Assembly (NCBI GenBank): GCA_028534125.1
Contig: CM052818.1
Span: 35,466,001 to 35,530,000 of the forward strand
Source of the DNA: Lama glama
Lineage: Eukaryota
Direction of reading: 5' to 3'
DNA length: 64,000 nucleotides
Part shown: positions 12,531 to 25,324 of the stretch, in pieces
Layout: each line of letters starts with the position of its first letter
Numbering within the stretch: the first letter of the stretch is position 1
Made by a program: the position numbers and the translations under genes
Notes under the pieces: model-generated
Databases searched by the model: none
Told to the model about the DNA's origin: nothing
The model's input: the letters and a program-made list of their open reading frames with translations, nothing else

Positions 12531-13859
12531 AGAACCAGATCTTCACTCTACAAACCTGCCCCTCCCCTTCCCTGCACCTAGCAGCCTCCAGGCAAGTCCC
12601 GAGTGAGCAGCCCCCCTGGGGTCCTGGCACTGGGCAGAAGGCACACTGAACAGCAGCTGCTTCAAAGTCAATGTGTCTCAGCAATTCCCCAACCCCCCTT
12701 TCTAGTCCTCCCTTCTAGTCCTCCCGGTCTGCCCCCCTAGCCCCACGCCTAAATCCTGCCCGACTTCTCTCTCTCTCCCCCCAGCATCCAGTCAGACCCC
12801 AAAGCCTGAGCATGGCCCTTTATCAACCCATCCTCCCCAGGTCCCTCAGCTTGTCTGCACCCCCAGTTTCCACACCTGCTCTGCTCTCTTACTGGGATGC
12901 CCTTCTCCCTGGCACCCACATCACATTGGTCAGGAGGCTCCCCCTGTAGAAGGACACTCAGCGTCCTCTCTTCTTACCTCTGGGAAGGGAGGTGCCTGGA
13001 AGGGGAGAAGCCTGCAGTGACTTAGGTTGGGGTTGTGGGGGCTAGCACCACTCCAAAGCTGCCTGTAGACCCTGGGCTGCTGCAATCAGGTTGGGTTGAG
13101 CTTCTCCCCATCCCATCCCTTCCATCCCCACCAGACACACACATACAGGAGCAGGTGCTGGGCTATTTCTAATTCAGACACAGGAGGAGGAAGATCACCT
13201 CTTTGTTTTAGCTTCATATATCCTACAGAGGAGGTTTAGAGAGAGTTTTAGAGGATCACGAGCTTCTGCAAACTGAGGCTTCAGAGGGGCTCCCTTCCTC
13301 AGTTACTCCCTCCAATCCTCTCTCTGTAAATACTTCTCGAGCATGAGTTCTGTACCAGGCACCTTGCCAGAACTTCTCATACACTGACTTGGAAAGTGTC
13401 CCCTTGCAGACCAGGTGCATCCTCTGAGCAGCCCTGAGGCCCCCGTGACACAGACACTATCAGAAATGAAGTGCTCCCTCCAGCAGAAGCCCAGGCTCTG
13501 CCCAAGGAGCTCTGAGAAGGGACAGTTGTTCTGACCTGAAGCAGGGCTGGCAGCCTCCCCAGCTTGTCCACAAAGACTTGGAACATAAGCTAAGAAGGGC
13601 GGCCAGGATGGGGCTGGGATTCCCTCTCACCATCCCTCACTCCGACCCTCAAGGCCTAAATTGGTGCTTGTCCCAGAGTCTGCGAAAACGCAGGCAGATG
13701 GCAGCCTCGTCCCTAAGTCTTCTCTTCCCCCAGTGAAATGTCTCCCGTGGTCTGGCCCCAGCACCTGGAGGCTGAGGACAAGGCTGCCCTCCTTGTGCTC
13801 CCCCGCCCCCCCCCACAACAGGTTCTCAGCACCTTGTCCTTGTTGCTGTCCGCCCAGCA

Positions 13860-14100
13860 CTTCCTCCCCCCGCGGAGGCTGCCTCCACACCTGTCTTCAT
13901 AACGCACTCACACCCTGGTGACATCGCTTTTCCAATTAAACCCTCAAAGGTGAAAAGCTGGGGTGACGAGAGCGGCCCTGGCCCAGCGCCCACAGCCAGG
14001 TGTGAGTGCGTCACCTCAGCCCCAGGATTTCTCGCAGTCAACCCCCCACCCCACCAACGAAGCATCAGCTCTCTGTCCAAAGATTCCTGTCTGTTCCCGT
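13860..14100. promoter_or_regulatory. Pituitary POMC '-7 kb' enhancer (Tpit palindrome)
   Basis: ~6.8 kb upstream of the TSS; quasi-palindromic T-box site TCACACCCTGGTGACA 13908-13923; further T-box half-sites AGGTGA (13948) and AGGTGTGA (13998); AATTA homeodomain core; locally CpG-richer, non-repeat sequence. Confidence 0.65.
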
Positions 14101-14969
14101 CTTCTCCTGCCCCTCCTTCCCTGCCTCCCTCCTCTCCTTCCCACCTTCCTTCCACTCCAGGAGGCTCTCTTGGGACCAGCACTTCCGTCACCGTCACCAT
14201 AAGGATAAGGGCTAACCAGAGGCCAGGCCCTGCTCTAAGGTCTTTACGGTTTCACCTCCCTTCCTCCACCTGGCAGCCACATGGACTGGTGCAGTCGTTT
14301 CCCTCATCTCACAGATGGGACAACTCACACAGAGAAGCTGGGAATCTGTGCAGTCACACAGCAGGGCAGTGGTTGAGCAAGGTTAGGACCAGGCCGTCTG
14401 GCCCCAGAGCTGTGCTCCTAACCGTGACGCCACGTTGTGCCAGCCATGCAGCCATGTCTACCTCAGACTGGGGCGTGTCCGTGACTCCTTCCCCGACACT
14501 GATGCCGCCTCTTTAGTATTTCGTGAAACTGCCTCTGTCTCGTCTTCCATGTCACTGCTCCCACCGCTGGCTGGACTGGCCTCCAGGCTCTGGAGCAGAG
14601 CACTGGGACTCTGACCACCCCTGCTGTCTCCAGGCTCCACCTCTGATCATCCTCCTCACTGCCGCAGAAAGCTGATCCTGGGGCTCCTCTAACTCAGTCC
14701 CTAAATGGTCCCCACCTCCTCCCCTCTTCCCCCGACTCTTTCCAGTCTTCTTTCTCCCCCTCTACCACCTGCACCAGCATTCCATGAATATAAGGTTTTT
14801 CCTGTCTTGAGCCCTTTGGAAATGCTGTTCCTTCTGCCTGGAATGCCTTTCCTCTCTTCCTCCTGGTGCCCTTTTTTATCAAGGCTCAGCCCAACTCAGC
14901 ATCCCCTTCTCTGCGACGCCCTTGTTGACCACCCACCCCCTCCACCTGGCAGATCTAATCACCCCCAGA

Positions 14970-15457
14970 TGGAAGCGTGAGAGGCCTGAGCCTGTGTGTA
15001 AGCTGTCTAGCTCCCCTAAGGCCACCATGCTGAAGAGGTCACATGGCAAGGCTGCACAGAGATACAAGCGTCTCAGGACAAGCATCCCAGTCTTCTTGCC
15101 CCCAGCTGAGTCTTCCCAGACCAGGAACCAGTCATGTGAGTGAGTGGCTTCAGATAATTAAAGGTGCCAGCTTTTGAGCTGCCTGAGCTGATGCTAAGTA
15201 GAGCAGGGACGTGTTGGCTCTGCCAAACCTTGCCTGTACTGCAGGTGCATGAGCAAAACAAGTGTTGTTTAGGATTTCTGGTCAAGATGGTGGAGCAGTA
15301 GGACCACGAGCTCGCCTCTCCTCGCAACTACAACAAAACCACAATTGACTCCTGAACGACCATTGAAAAAAAGACTAGAATCTAGCAAAATAAGTGTTAT
15401 TGTTTAAAACCACCACGTTTCTGGGGTAGTCTGTGATAGTATTAAATAACCAGAACA
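14970..15457 (+). mobile_element. MLT1 (MaLR) LTR remnant containing an insertion
   Basis: GCCACCATGCTG.AGAGGTCACATGG, CCCCAGCTGAG, CCAGGAACCAG.CATGTGAGTGA; end TGTTTAAAACCACC...AATAACCAGAACA. Confidence 0.65.
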
Positions 15458-15520
15458 GCCATTATTAACACTTTGGTATCTTTTTCCCTCTATTCTTATT
15501 TCTTTCTCTATCTGCATTTA

Positions 15521-15727
15521 CAGTCATCCCTCTGAATATGCGGAAGATTGGTTTCAAGACTCGTCACAGATACTAGAATTCCCAGATGCTCAAGACCCAC
15601 AGTTGGCAGGCCCTCCCTATCCTCAGTCCCACACCCATGGTCTAACCGTGATCACATAGTACTGTACCACACATTTATTGAAAAAACTCCGAGTATAAGT
15701 GGATCCATGCAGTTCAAGGGTTAACCG
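15521..15727. mobile_element. MER2/Tigger-type DNA transposon MITE
   Basis: TA|CAGTCATCCCT...GATTGGTTTCAAGAC...GATGCTCAAG...GTATAAGTGGATCCATGCAGTTCAAGGGTTAACCG, degenerate TIRs. Confidence 0.65.
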
Positions 15728-16374
15728 TGTATCTATGTTTTATCATATTTCCTTCCTTTAACAAACACAGTGGTCATTTTTTTATGTCGAAAAATAAACA
15801 TTTACATTATTTTGAATGGCTGCAAAGTATTCTGTTGATTAGCTTTATCATAATTTTAATAAGTACACTCTACTGCTTTTATAATTACACCCTAGACGTT
15901 TAGTGGATTTCATTTTACTGCTACTATAAACAATGTTGTATGAGTAATCTTGAACTATGTTTACAATAACTGCTAGATATTTCCTCAGGATAATCTCCAG
16001 AAAATTCTGGGTTTAAAGTTAAAGGCTTTGGTACAAACAGAAGTCATTCATCTTACATGGCTTATCCTACAAGTCTCCTGCGTCTGCACCTCCTTCTTTA
16101 TTGGAAGAGGAAGGCCCTCCACTGTTTGGAAGCCAGGTTCTTCCTCTGGACCCCATCTCAGTTCTAAAGACTTGGGTTATTTGGTTTTTCCCACTCCCAT
16201 CTGCAGCATCAATTTCCCCTCCTCCACTGGATTATTCCTGTCAGCATCCTATTCCTATCATGCTCCAGCACCGTTCTGCTGTCTTTATCCTGGGTCCTCT
16301 GTTACCTTCCACCACTGCCCTACATTTACCATTGGATTTCTGTAAAGAGTTGTTTTTATGCCAGAACCAAAGTG

Positions 16375-18675
16375 GGGAGTAGCTAAATTCACAAAATAAT
16401 GCGGAAATTTAAAAAACGTACATCTATTAGTAACTAATAGAATAAGATGACAATCAGAAAGGATATAGGTATAGAAAAGATATAGAATATTTGAGCAATC
16501 ATAGAATATATATTCTTTTGACATGTACTTAAAACATTAATCAAAATGGACCATATGTTCATCCTTTAAACAGTCCCTCAAAATTTCAAAGGACTAAAAT
16601 CAAAAAGGGTATGTTCAACAAACTTATTTACAAAACAAAAACAGACTCACAGACATAGAAAACAAACTTACGGTTACCAGGGGAGGAAGAGGATGGGAAG
16701 GGATAGACTGGGAGTTTGAGATTTGCAGACTAACTAATATATATAAATAGATAAACAATAAATTTATAGTATATAGCACAGGGAACTATATCCAGTATCT
16801 TGCAGTAACTTATGGTGAAAAAGAATATGAAAACAAATATATGTATGTTCCTATGTGACTGATGTATTGTGCTGTACACCAGAAATTGACGCAGTGTAAA
16901 CTGACTATACTTAAATTAAAAAAAAGAGAGTATGTTCTTTGACCACAGAGGAATTATGCTAAACTTTAGTTTCAAAACATAACTAGAAAATCCCCAAAGT
17001 TTGAAAACAGAACACTTCCCAATAACCCACAGGTCAATGAAGACATCTCAATGAAAACAAGAAGATAGTTTAAACTAAATGATAAAAAAATATATATAAC
17101 ATATCAAAACTTATGAGATGCAACTGGAACTATATTTAGAAAGGAATTTATAGCATTAAATACACATGTCAAAAGGATAAAGGTCAAATATTAATTATCT
17201 GAGTAAAAGCATTTACTTAATATCCAACTCAAGAGAATAGAAGAATAGCTAATGAGAAATTAGAAGGCAAGAAATAATAATAAGAGTAGAAATTTAAGAA
17301 ATAGAAAAAGGTGTGCATGCTGTAAAGAAAAATCAACAAAATCAAAATTCTTTTTTGATTGAAGTATAGCCAGTTGTGTCAATTTCTGGTGTACAGCATA
17401 AGAGTTCAGGCATATATATATATATATACATATATTCATTTTCATATTCTTTTTCACTATAGGTATGTATTACTACATTTCATATTCTATTTCATTGTAT
17501 CATTACTACAAGATATTGAATATAGTTTCCTGTGCTATACAGTGTAAACTTGTTTATCTATTTTATATATAGTAGATAATATCCGCAAATCTTGAACTCC
17601 AATTTATCCCTTCCCACCTTCTTCTTCCCCTGGTAACCATAAGTTTGTTTTCTATGTCTGAGTCTGTTTCTGTTTTATAAATTAGTTCATTTGTCTTTTT
17701 TTTAGATTCCATATATAAGGGATATCATATGGTATTTTTCTTTCTCTTTCTGGATTACTTCATTTAGAATGACTATCTCCAGGTCCATCCATGTTGCTGC
17801 AAAATGGCATTGTTTTATTATTTTTTGTGACTGACTAGTATCTAGTATTCAATTGTATACATATACCATAAATGCTTTATCCAGTCATCTGTCGATGGAC
17901 ATTTTGGTTGTCTCCATGCCTGGCTATTGCATATAGTGCTGCTATGAACATTGGGGTACATGTATCTTTTCGAATTCAAAATTCATTTTTAAAAAAATAC
18001 TAATAAAATTGATAAACCCCTGAGAAAAACTAGTCAAGAAAAAAGAGAGAGAACATAAACTACCAACATCAGAGATACAAGAGGACCATAGCTACAGATT
18101 CCATAGATGCTAAGAAGATAATAAGATATAATAAACAATTTTAAGCCAATAAATTGAAAAACTTAGATAAAATGGACAAATTCCTAGAAATACATATCTT
18201 ACTAAAATTGACACAAGAAGAAACAGACAATTGAAATAGTGCTATTAAGTAACTGAGTCTGTAATTTAAAACCATTAACAAGCAAACAACCATAAAGACC
18301 AAGTGGCATCACTAATAAATCATCTCAAACATTTAAGGAAGCGATAAACACCACTGCATACAAATTCTTCTACTAAATTATATTAAAAAAATAGGACTAG
18401 GCAGAAGGATTTCAAACTTGTTTTATGAAGACAGCATAATTTTGATACTGAAATCTAACAGGAATTCTACAAGAAAGGAAAATTGCAGGCCGAGTTCATA
18501 AGAATGGCTGCAAAAATATTAAATATTAGCAAATTGAACCCAATGCTATATAATGATAGCACATCACAATCAAATCAGGCTCAATTCAGGAATGCATGGT
18601 AGCTGTAACACTAAAAATCAGCAGTGTATTTCACCATATTATCAGAATAAAGGGGAAAATCATATTATCATGTCA
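16375..18675 (+). mobile_element. Old L1 ORF2 relic with two younger L1 3'-end insertions (~16618-16925 on +, ~17355-17975 on -)
   Basis: A-rich ORF2 motifs (AAACTTATGAGATGCA, GATAAAATGGACAAATTCCTAGAAA); inserts carry ACAGACTCACAGACATAGAAAACAAACTTA and TATAGCACAGG.AACTATA; TSD-like GTATGTTC and TCAAAATTC. Confidence 0.8.
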
Positions 18676-18679
18676 GACA

Positions 18680-19062
18680 ATCAGAGGCACCAGCTCCAAG
18701 CTTTCAAAGAGGAGCTAGTGATACAAGGAAGCAAGGGCAGTGGTCAGTCCTTTCTGGTGATATTAGCCAAAGTGGGAACGGCAACCTCCCAACCTGGGGA
18801 TAGAAGTGACATCTACGTCCAGTGCCTGTGGTGTTGACAGTGTGACTTGTGACCTCTTGTTCCCAGTGGTAGTTTGGTTTTCTTTCTCATTGAATCCAAT
18901 CAGTGATCTGATTTTGGCCATGATTCCAGCCACCTTTTATTTCTGCCCACTTTTGGATCCTGGTTGCCAACCTGCCCAGTGATTCTAAATGTAATCAATG
19001 GCTTTTCAGTTCACATTGGCCCAAGTTGGTTCTAATTCATATAACTAAGAACTCAGCTGACA
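18680..19062 (+). mobile_element. Old ERVL/MaLR-type LTR fragment
   Basis: 3' end GGCCCAAGTTGGTTCTAATTCATATAACTAAGAACTCAGCTGACA resembles an LTR33/LTR16-type terminus. Confidence 0.4.
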
Positions 19063-20289
19063 GAAGAGGACAGAAGCTGGGTCAGTCTGAGCTTTTCCTG
19101 GTGGGGCTTTTCTGGTACCATCAGCTGCCTCTTAAAGTTATACAAATAATACAGAGAAAAATGAAATAAAATCACAATCTGATTGAGAGGGCTCTTAAGC
19201 CTGGCAGTGGTAGAGGCAGGAGTGAGTGGAAGAGGGAAGATGGAAGACAGAGTGGAATTGGTTCCAGCAGTGAACATCATGTAAACAGATAAGATGGGAA
19301 TGGGGTTCCTGGCAAAACAGAGAAGGATGAGTTTTATGCCCTGGTAGGACCAGTGACCAAAAAGGGCATTGGGGAACAGGTGATAACAGATGAGCCAAAT
19401 CTTAATGTAAGAGTTTAATTTTCCCAGGTGCCTGGAAGGAGGAAGGGTGTTTTTGTTGGTGGAATAACATAGACAAAGAGATGGAGGCTCTAGAAAATAG
19501 TGTTCATGGGAATGTGAATGTTGTGGATGGTTGAAATGCCAGGATGCAAGACAGAGAGGTGGGAGATGACCCTGGAGAGAGGCAAGGCCAGGTAGTAAAG
19601 TACCTTGTTTGCTATTAAGGAGCTTGAATTTCTCCTGTGGCCCGAAAGGAAAGAATTGCTGAATATAAAGCCAATGTCACCAACCAGAAATTCTCAAGGG
19701 AGTCTTGGAGTCCAAAAGAACTTCTGATTGGGAATAAGGAAAGTTCCTGCAAGTGATAGATTAAACAAGAACCTTGATTTGAAGTTCAGTTTAGTTCCAG
19801 CTTTCCCTCCCACCCCCACCACTTGTCACAATTTACTTTTGCTTCTTTACTCTTCCATTGCAGGTATGAGTCCTGTCCTCTCCTCCCTGTCCTGACACGT
19901 GGGACTAGAGCCAAGCCAGAACTCCAAGAGCAGACTTGGAGAAGATTGAGAGTCCCCACACCACTCTGCCAGCTCACTGGCACAGGGAGGGATCAGAGGC
20001 CCCAGGCAAAATACTTCAGCTGCTCTTCACAGAGGACTCCCTCTTCCCCCATTAATATGCTAAGGTTAACAGCACTTTTTCCTTGGGCTGTGCAGCAGAG
20101 GAGGGAGCCTGCCCTGGACTAGGCCCTTCACACCCCCAAGAAGGCAATCTGTCTTGGCCTCAACTGAATGACTCCTGACCTTCTCTGCCCCCAGCCCCTT
20201 CAACCTGTAACAGAGGGATTATGATTCCCTGTGACATTTTCACATCACAATTTCCAGACATTGGGGAAATCTGAGGCATTTCAGATGTA

Positions 20290-20719
20290 CTCCGTTGGCA
20301 GCGATATTTACAGATAAATGTGAAGGAGGCAGATGCCAGCTCAAGTACACACATAGGTAATTTCACTCTCTCCTCAACGACCTCAGCAGACGCACTAGGC
20401 CTGCCCCACACAGGGGTGCTAAGCCTCCCGCTCGTCCTAACTGAGGTCCCCAAATCATCCTTAATTAAATTCTTTCCAGAAGGCTACCAGGTGTGCCCTT
20501 CTGCAGGACGGTGTTAATTCCAGCCTCCGGGGGCATAGATTCAGCCTCTTTCCGGGCATGTCTGCCCTTGCGCTCAGCCCCTACCTGGAAAACCCCCTCC
20601 TGCGCCCCACGGCCCCCCTTTCCACGGACGGGGGGAGTTGCCTGTCACGCTGCAGCTGCCGGGAACTTCAAGTCCAGCGCCCCTCAAGTATATAAGGACC
20701 GAGGAGAGGGAGCAGGACA
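20290..20719 (+). promoter_or_regulatory. POMC: POMC proximal (pituitary) promoter
   Basis: NurRE-like GATATTTA-cagat-AAATGTGA (~20303-20323); E-box CAGATG 20330-20335; Tpit/Pitx composite CCACAC...TAAGCC 20406-20425; STAT-like TGCCGGGAA 20657-20665; TATATAA 20689-20695. Order matches the recalled human/rat promoter. Confidence 0.85.
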
Positions 20720-21150
20720 AGGCAGTGCGAAGGAAGAGAAAGAGGGAAAGAAAAGTGACCGAGAGGTCACCGAGAATCCTCACCCTGGTGCAGCGGGAGT
20801 CGCCCCGAGAGCAGCCTCCCCGCGAAAGGTAAGGGCGCAGCGGCGCGGAACCTCGTCTTATCTCCGGAATCCCTGCTCCGGGGCCTCGGGATGCTCTTCC
20901 CCAGCTTCCATCGCGGACTTCAGGCGCCTTTGGCTCGCGCGGTCTTTAGTTCTTTGAAAACTCTGTACTGGAGAAGAAGCCGGCAGGGGAGCGCCGAGAG
21001 CCAGCCTCCAAACGGTGGGAGAGCGTCTGTGATCGTGAAAGTGATGCCTTCCAGGGGCTGGTGGCCGCATCTCCCAGGGGGAGGGCGGCTGCTAGGACCC
21101 CTGAGAGTCCTATCGCCTTCTGGGGAGATCTCGGGAGACCCAGTCTTTCG
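20560..21150. promoter_or_regulatory. CpG-rich region over POMC promoter, exon 1 and start of intron 1
   Basis: Visibly higher CpG frequency than the flanks. Confidence 0.6.
20720..20828 (+). other. POMC: POMC exon 1 (non-coding 5' UTR); TSS approximate
   Basis: Begins ~25-30 nt after TATATAA (20689-20695); ends GCGAAAG|GTAAGG (donor GT at 20829); no ATG; resembles recalled mammalian POMC exon 1 (GAGAGCAGCCTCCC...GTAAGGGCGCAGCG). Confidence 0.85.
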
Positions 21151-23669
21151 GGTCTTCTGATTTTCTGGGTAGATGTCACTTCTTAAAAGATACCATATGC
21201 TCTAACGTAAATTAATATTGGAAATGGGGGCAGAAGAGAAAAGGCTAAAAGTCACAATAAACTCCCTGCTTTCCAGACTTTTTTTGGATTCAGATCCCCG
21301 AATCCTCGTTTCCCTGACCACCTTAGCCCACCCGACGTGGCTGCGCTGTGATACTGACAGTCTCCATCACAAGACCAGCGGGTGTTAAAAAGAGGTAGCC
21401 CGCATGGGAACTGTCCACGGTCCTGAACCACCCTGACACTGCCCTCCATAGGACCGCAGAATGAACTTTCTGTCCCACAGACCTTAGCAGGTCAGAAGCA
21501 GCTGCAGGAGTTGATGGAGGCTCAGGCGAAGTGGAGGTGGGGTGAGTTCCCACTGAGGCAGGGAGAGTCAGCAGAGCATGTGGATCTCCCAAATTCTTCA
21601 TGTATAAATGGGGAGGTGGTTCTCACAGAACAGTTGGAAGAAGCAAGAAAAGTAAAAGTGTGCATTTGTTGTGTCCATTGTTAAGATATGTACAGATTAT
21701 GGCTTATTTAATGACTTAATATTCCTTTGACATTTTGCTTTGGGACTTGATGCATGTGTATCATGGTGCAAGGACAAAACTCTGCACCTCTGCTCTTCTA
21801 ATCTCTATGGAAGGGCATGGTCGATGTGTAATTTTAGAGTAACAAACAAAGCGTTTTGTTTAGCTCATAGAGAATTCACCTATACATATGAAGTTCTAAT
21901 AAGTGTATATAAAGTTACTGTCAAGATTGGCAAATAACAAATTTCTGTTTATTTTTCCAGTCTTTCAATTATTGGTCACTCTACTTACAAAAAGCACACT
22001 TGACATCTCCCCATTACTTTATTGCTTTAAAAAATGACACAAGGTAATATTTGTTTATTGTAGAAAAATAGAAAATACACATAAGCAGAAAGAAAACAAG
22101 TTACTTTCAGGAAGCTATCTAACTTTTTAGCAGGAGAATGCAGCTCTAAGAGGGTGGGGAGTGAGAATGTTACCATGTTGTACAACTTAGCCAATGGGGA
22201 GGAGAGAAAATGCTCTCTGAGGCTTTTCAGGAAGGCCTGAAATCATGAGGTAGGTTTTTAGAAAATGGAAATCATTCCAGAATGGCCAACTTTGAGGAGA
22301 ATTGAAATATAGTTGAGGGGACTGTCAGACCTGTATGATTTTACTACTTTCTCTAGTAATATGTTAGTTTACACTTGCCTACAGTGATAAAAAGCTACCC
22401 TTTTTCTGCTTCTCTTGAAAATCTTGGAATTTTTTTTTCTCACTGAAATGTGCTGTGTGGTCTCAGAGCTTTAATATAAATTGCTTTGGCCACCAAATTC
22501 ATGCTTCACACTTGAACTGAAGCACCAAAAATCTACAACAGGAGCAGCCTCTCCCTGGTCACTAGGTTGACCAATGCTCCCCCAGCGGCCCCTTCAGCCT
22601 GAGATGCTGATGGGCTGGCTCCCTGGCTGCCAGCACCACCTAATGGCTGCTCCAAAAACAGGCAGTGCCTGACAACCATTCAGAAGGAGCCTTGAGCTGG
22701 CAAAGGAGTGGGGTGGGACAGAGAGAAGGAAGTGGCTTCCTGAAGTAAACAATGAGAGCCAGGGGAAACTTTCACTTCCAAAGCCTTCCCTATAAAAAAG
22801 ATTTGGCCCCTGCCTCCACAAATATGAGATTTCTTTAGGCAAATATTTTTAAACTAGGAGAGACAATTAGTCATCTACACCTTAATGTGAATTACTTTTC
22901 TTATCTAATTAGGTTTCTTCCTAACAGCTGGTTGAAAATATCTTAAATCCAAAATGATTGTGGGGTTGGTTGTGAGCTTATGACAGAACTCAGGGTCATT
23001 TCAGAGGGCTGATCTGCATGAGGGCAGACATGGCAGTGTGACAGCTAAAGGGCTGGGGAAAGGGTTGGGCACAGGGTGCAAAAGGCAGCATTTATCTTCC
23101 CCTCTTTACTGTATCCTGACCTCTTGAGCTCAGTATCTGTCCACAGGTACTTCCTGACTTCTCTGAGAAAGTATTTTTGGTAGGTGTCCACAGTGAAAGG
23201 TACTTTCCTTCTGCTCTGTGTGACCATCCCTTCCTTTCCATCCCTTCAAGTCCAGCTATTTCAGACTACATTTGAGAGACTTAGAGAACAAGAGGAGGTC
23301 TGACATGTAATGTGTTCAGAAGATGAGCCAGTTTTAAAAGAATGGGGATCTGCTTTAAAAATAAGTATCTCCAAGGTTACAGGGGTCTGGGAAATAGTGA
23401 TCTCCTGAGTGATTTGTGTACAGGACATCAAGCTGGGGTTGGCTGATGTTTTGGCTAAATTGGCCAGAGGTTTTATTTGCCTTTACACAAAACTACAATT
23501 CATAGGAAATGAATTTCTGAGGAATAATAGAATCATGGTAGACGAGAAGCAGATCATCTTGAGCAGGAGTTTCAGAGTCCTTTGTCTTTCCCAAGTTATT
23601 CCTTAGATCTAGAGTGTTAGAACTATAGCTTCCTGAAGATGATGAAATGGAAAAGCTCTGTGCTGGTAA

Positions 23670-23795
23670 CAGAACTTAGCCTACCTCATCATAAACACCC
23701 AAGTCATTGTCTCTCTCTGGGCCTCAGTTTCCTCATTTCTCAATTAGGCGGCCAGAGCAAATGACTCCTAAAATAGTCTTCAGCCCTAATATCCT
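23670..23795 (+). mobile_element. MIR
   Basis: CAAGTCATTGTCTCTCTCTGGGCCTCAGTTTCCTCATTT core. Confidence 0.65.
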
Positions 23796-23993
23796 TTGGG
23801 GTCTGATTTTTCATAGGTGATAAAGGGGGAAATTGGACATAATTTACCCAGGTCCCACTGCCCTCCTCTCTACCACAAGTCACACAACCACCCTGCACAC
23901 CAACCTGCTCCCTGAGCTGCTCTTGTCCTCAAAAACCCTTGAGCTCCACAAGTGAGTGTATTGTTAATGTTGGCTCAGGGTCCTTCCTGATGA

Positions 23994-24353
<360 letters not shown>

Positions 24354-25139
24354 TGAATTCAGAATTGGGCTGAGGAAGAGAGGAAGCAGCTTCAGGGAGA
24401 TGGGTCTGGACCTCAATTTCTGCTTGATTATCTTTACTTCCTGCCCTGTCTTCTTGTATAGAGACCCACTCCATTTAACCTATTTAGAGATAATCCTATT
24501 AAAATAAACAACACTAATAATTTCTCTCTCAATTGATCCTACATTTTCAATCTTTTCACCCCCATATTATTTGTTTTAAAAAAACTTCATATCACTTGCC
24601 ATATCCATTCCATTTTTTCTTCCCTTTCTCCCTCCTACCAGTTACAAAGCCAGCTAGGTAGCACCAAAAACCCTCTCTAGAGGGAGAAGGAAAAACCCAG
24701 GTGCCACTTTCCTCTGACTGGTGCCCAATGTCTCATGCTTCTTTTGGAGGACTGACCTTCTGCAGCCTTTCCAGAAGCATATAAAGGCCCTTGTGCCAGT
24801 CTGGAACTCCCTCCCAGTCACCACTGTGTGTGTATGTGTGTGTATGTGTGTGCATTTGTATTAGAAGGCATAAATGAGAAACAATACCAATTCAAGGCTG
24901 AGGACACACTGCGGGAGCCCAGGACTGAGTTCCATCCTGCTGCCTGTATCTGCCTGATGAGGGTGGAATATAAGTCACTACATTCTGTGTGTTTTGTCAG
25001 TAGAGAAGCTGAGTTAAGGTGAAGAGAGAGACTTTCTCAGAAACAGAACAGATCACATGTGGAACATAATATAGAAACAAAGAACCCAGGGAATTCTGTG
25101 AGCCCTAGAGCAGAGAGACCCAACAGGCTTTTTTTAAAA

Positions 25140-25262
25140 AAAACTTTTTTGGTAACTAGGTTTATTTATTTATCTTTTTTTTTAATAGAGGTACTGGGGA
25201 TTGAACCTAGGACCTTGTACATGCTAGAAACATACTCTACCACTAAGCTATACCCTTCCCCT
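25140..25262 (-). mobile_element. vic-1-like SINE in POMC intron 2
   Basis: GGTACTGGGGATTGAACCTAGGACCTTGTACATGCTAG...CTCTACCACTAAGCTATACCC. Confidence 0.85.
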
Positions 25263-25324
25263 CCAAGAGACTCCTAATTAGAGACACCCACTGCCCAGCC
25301 TCTCCTGTTGAAAGCTCACCAGGG

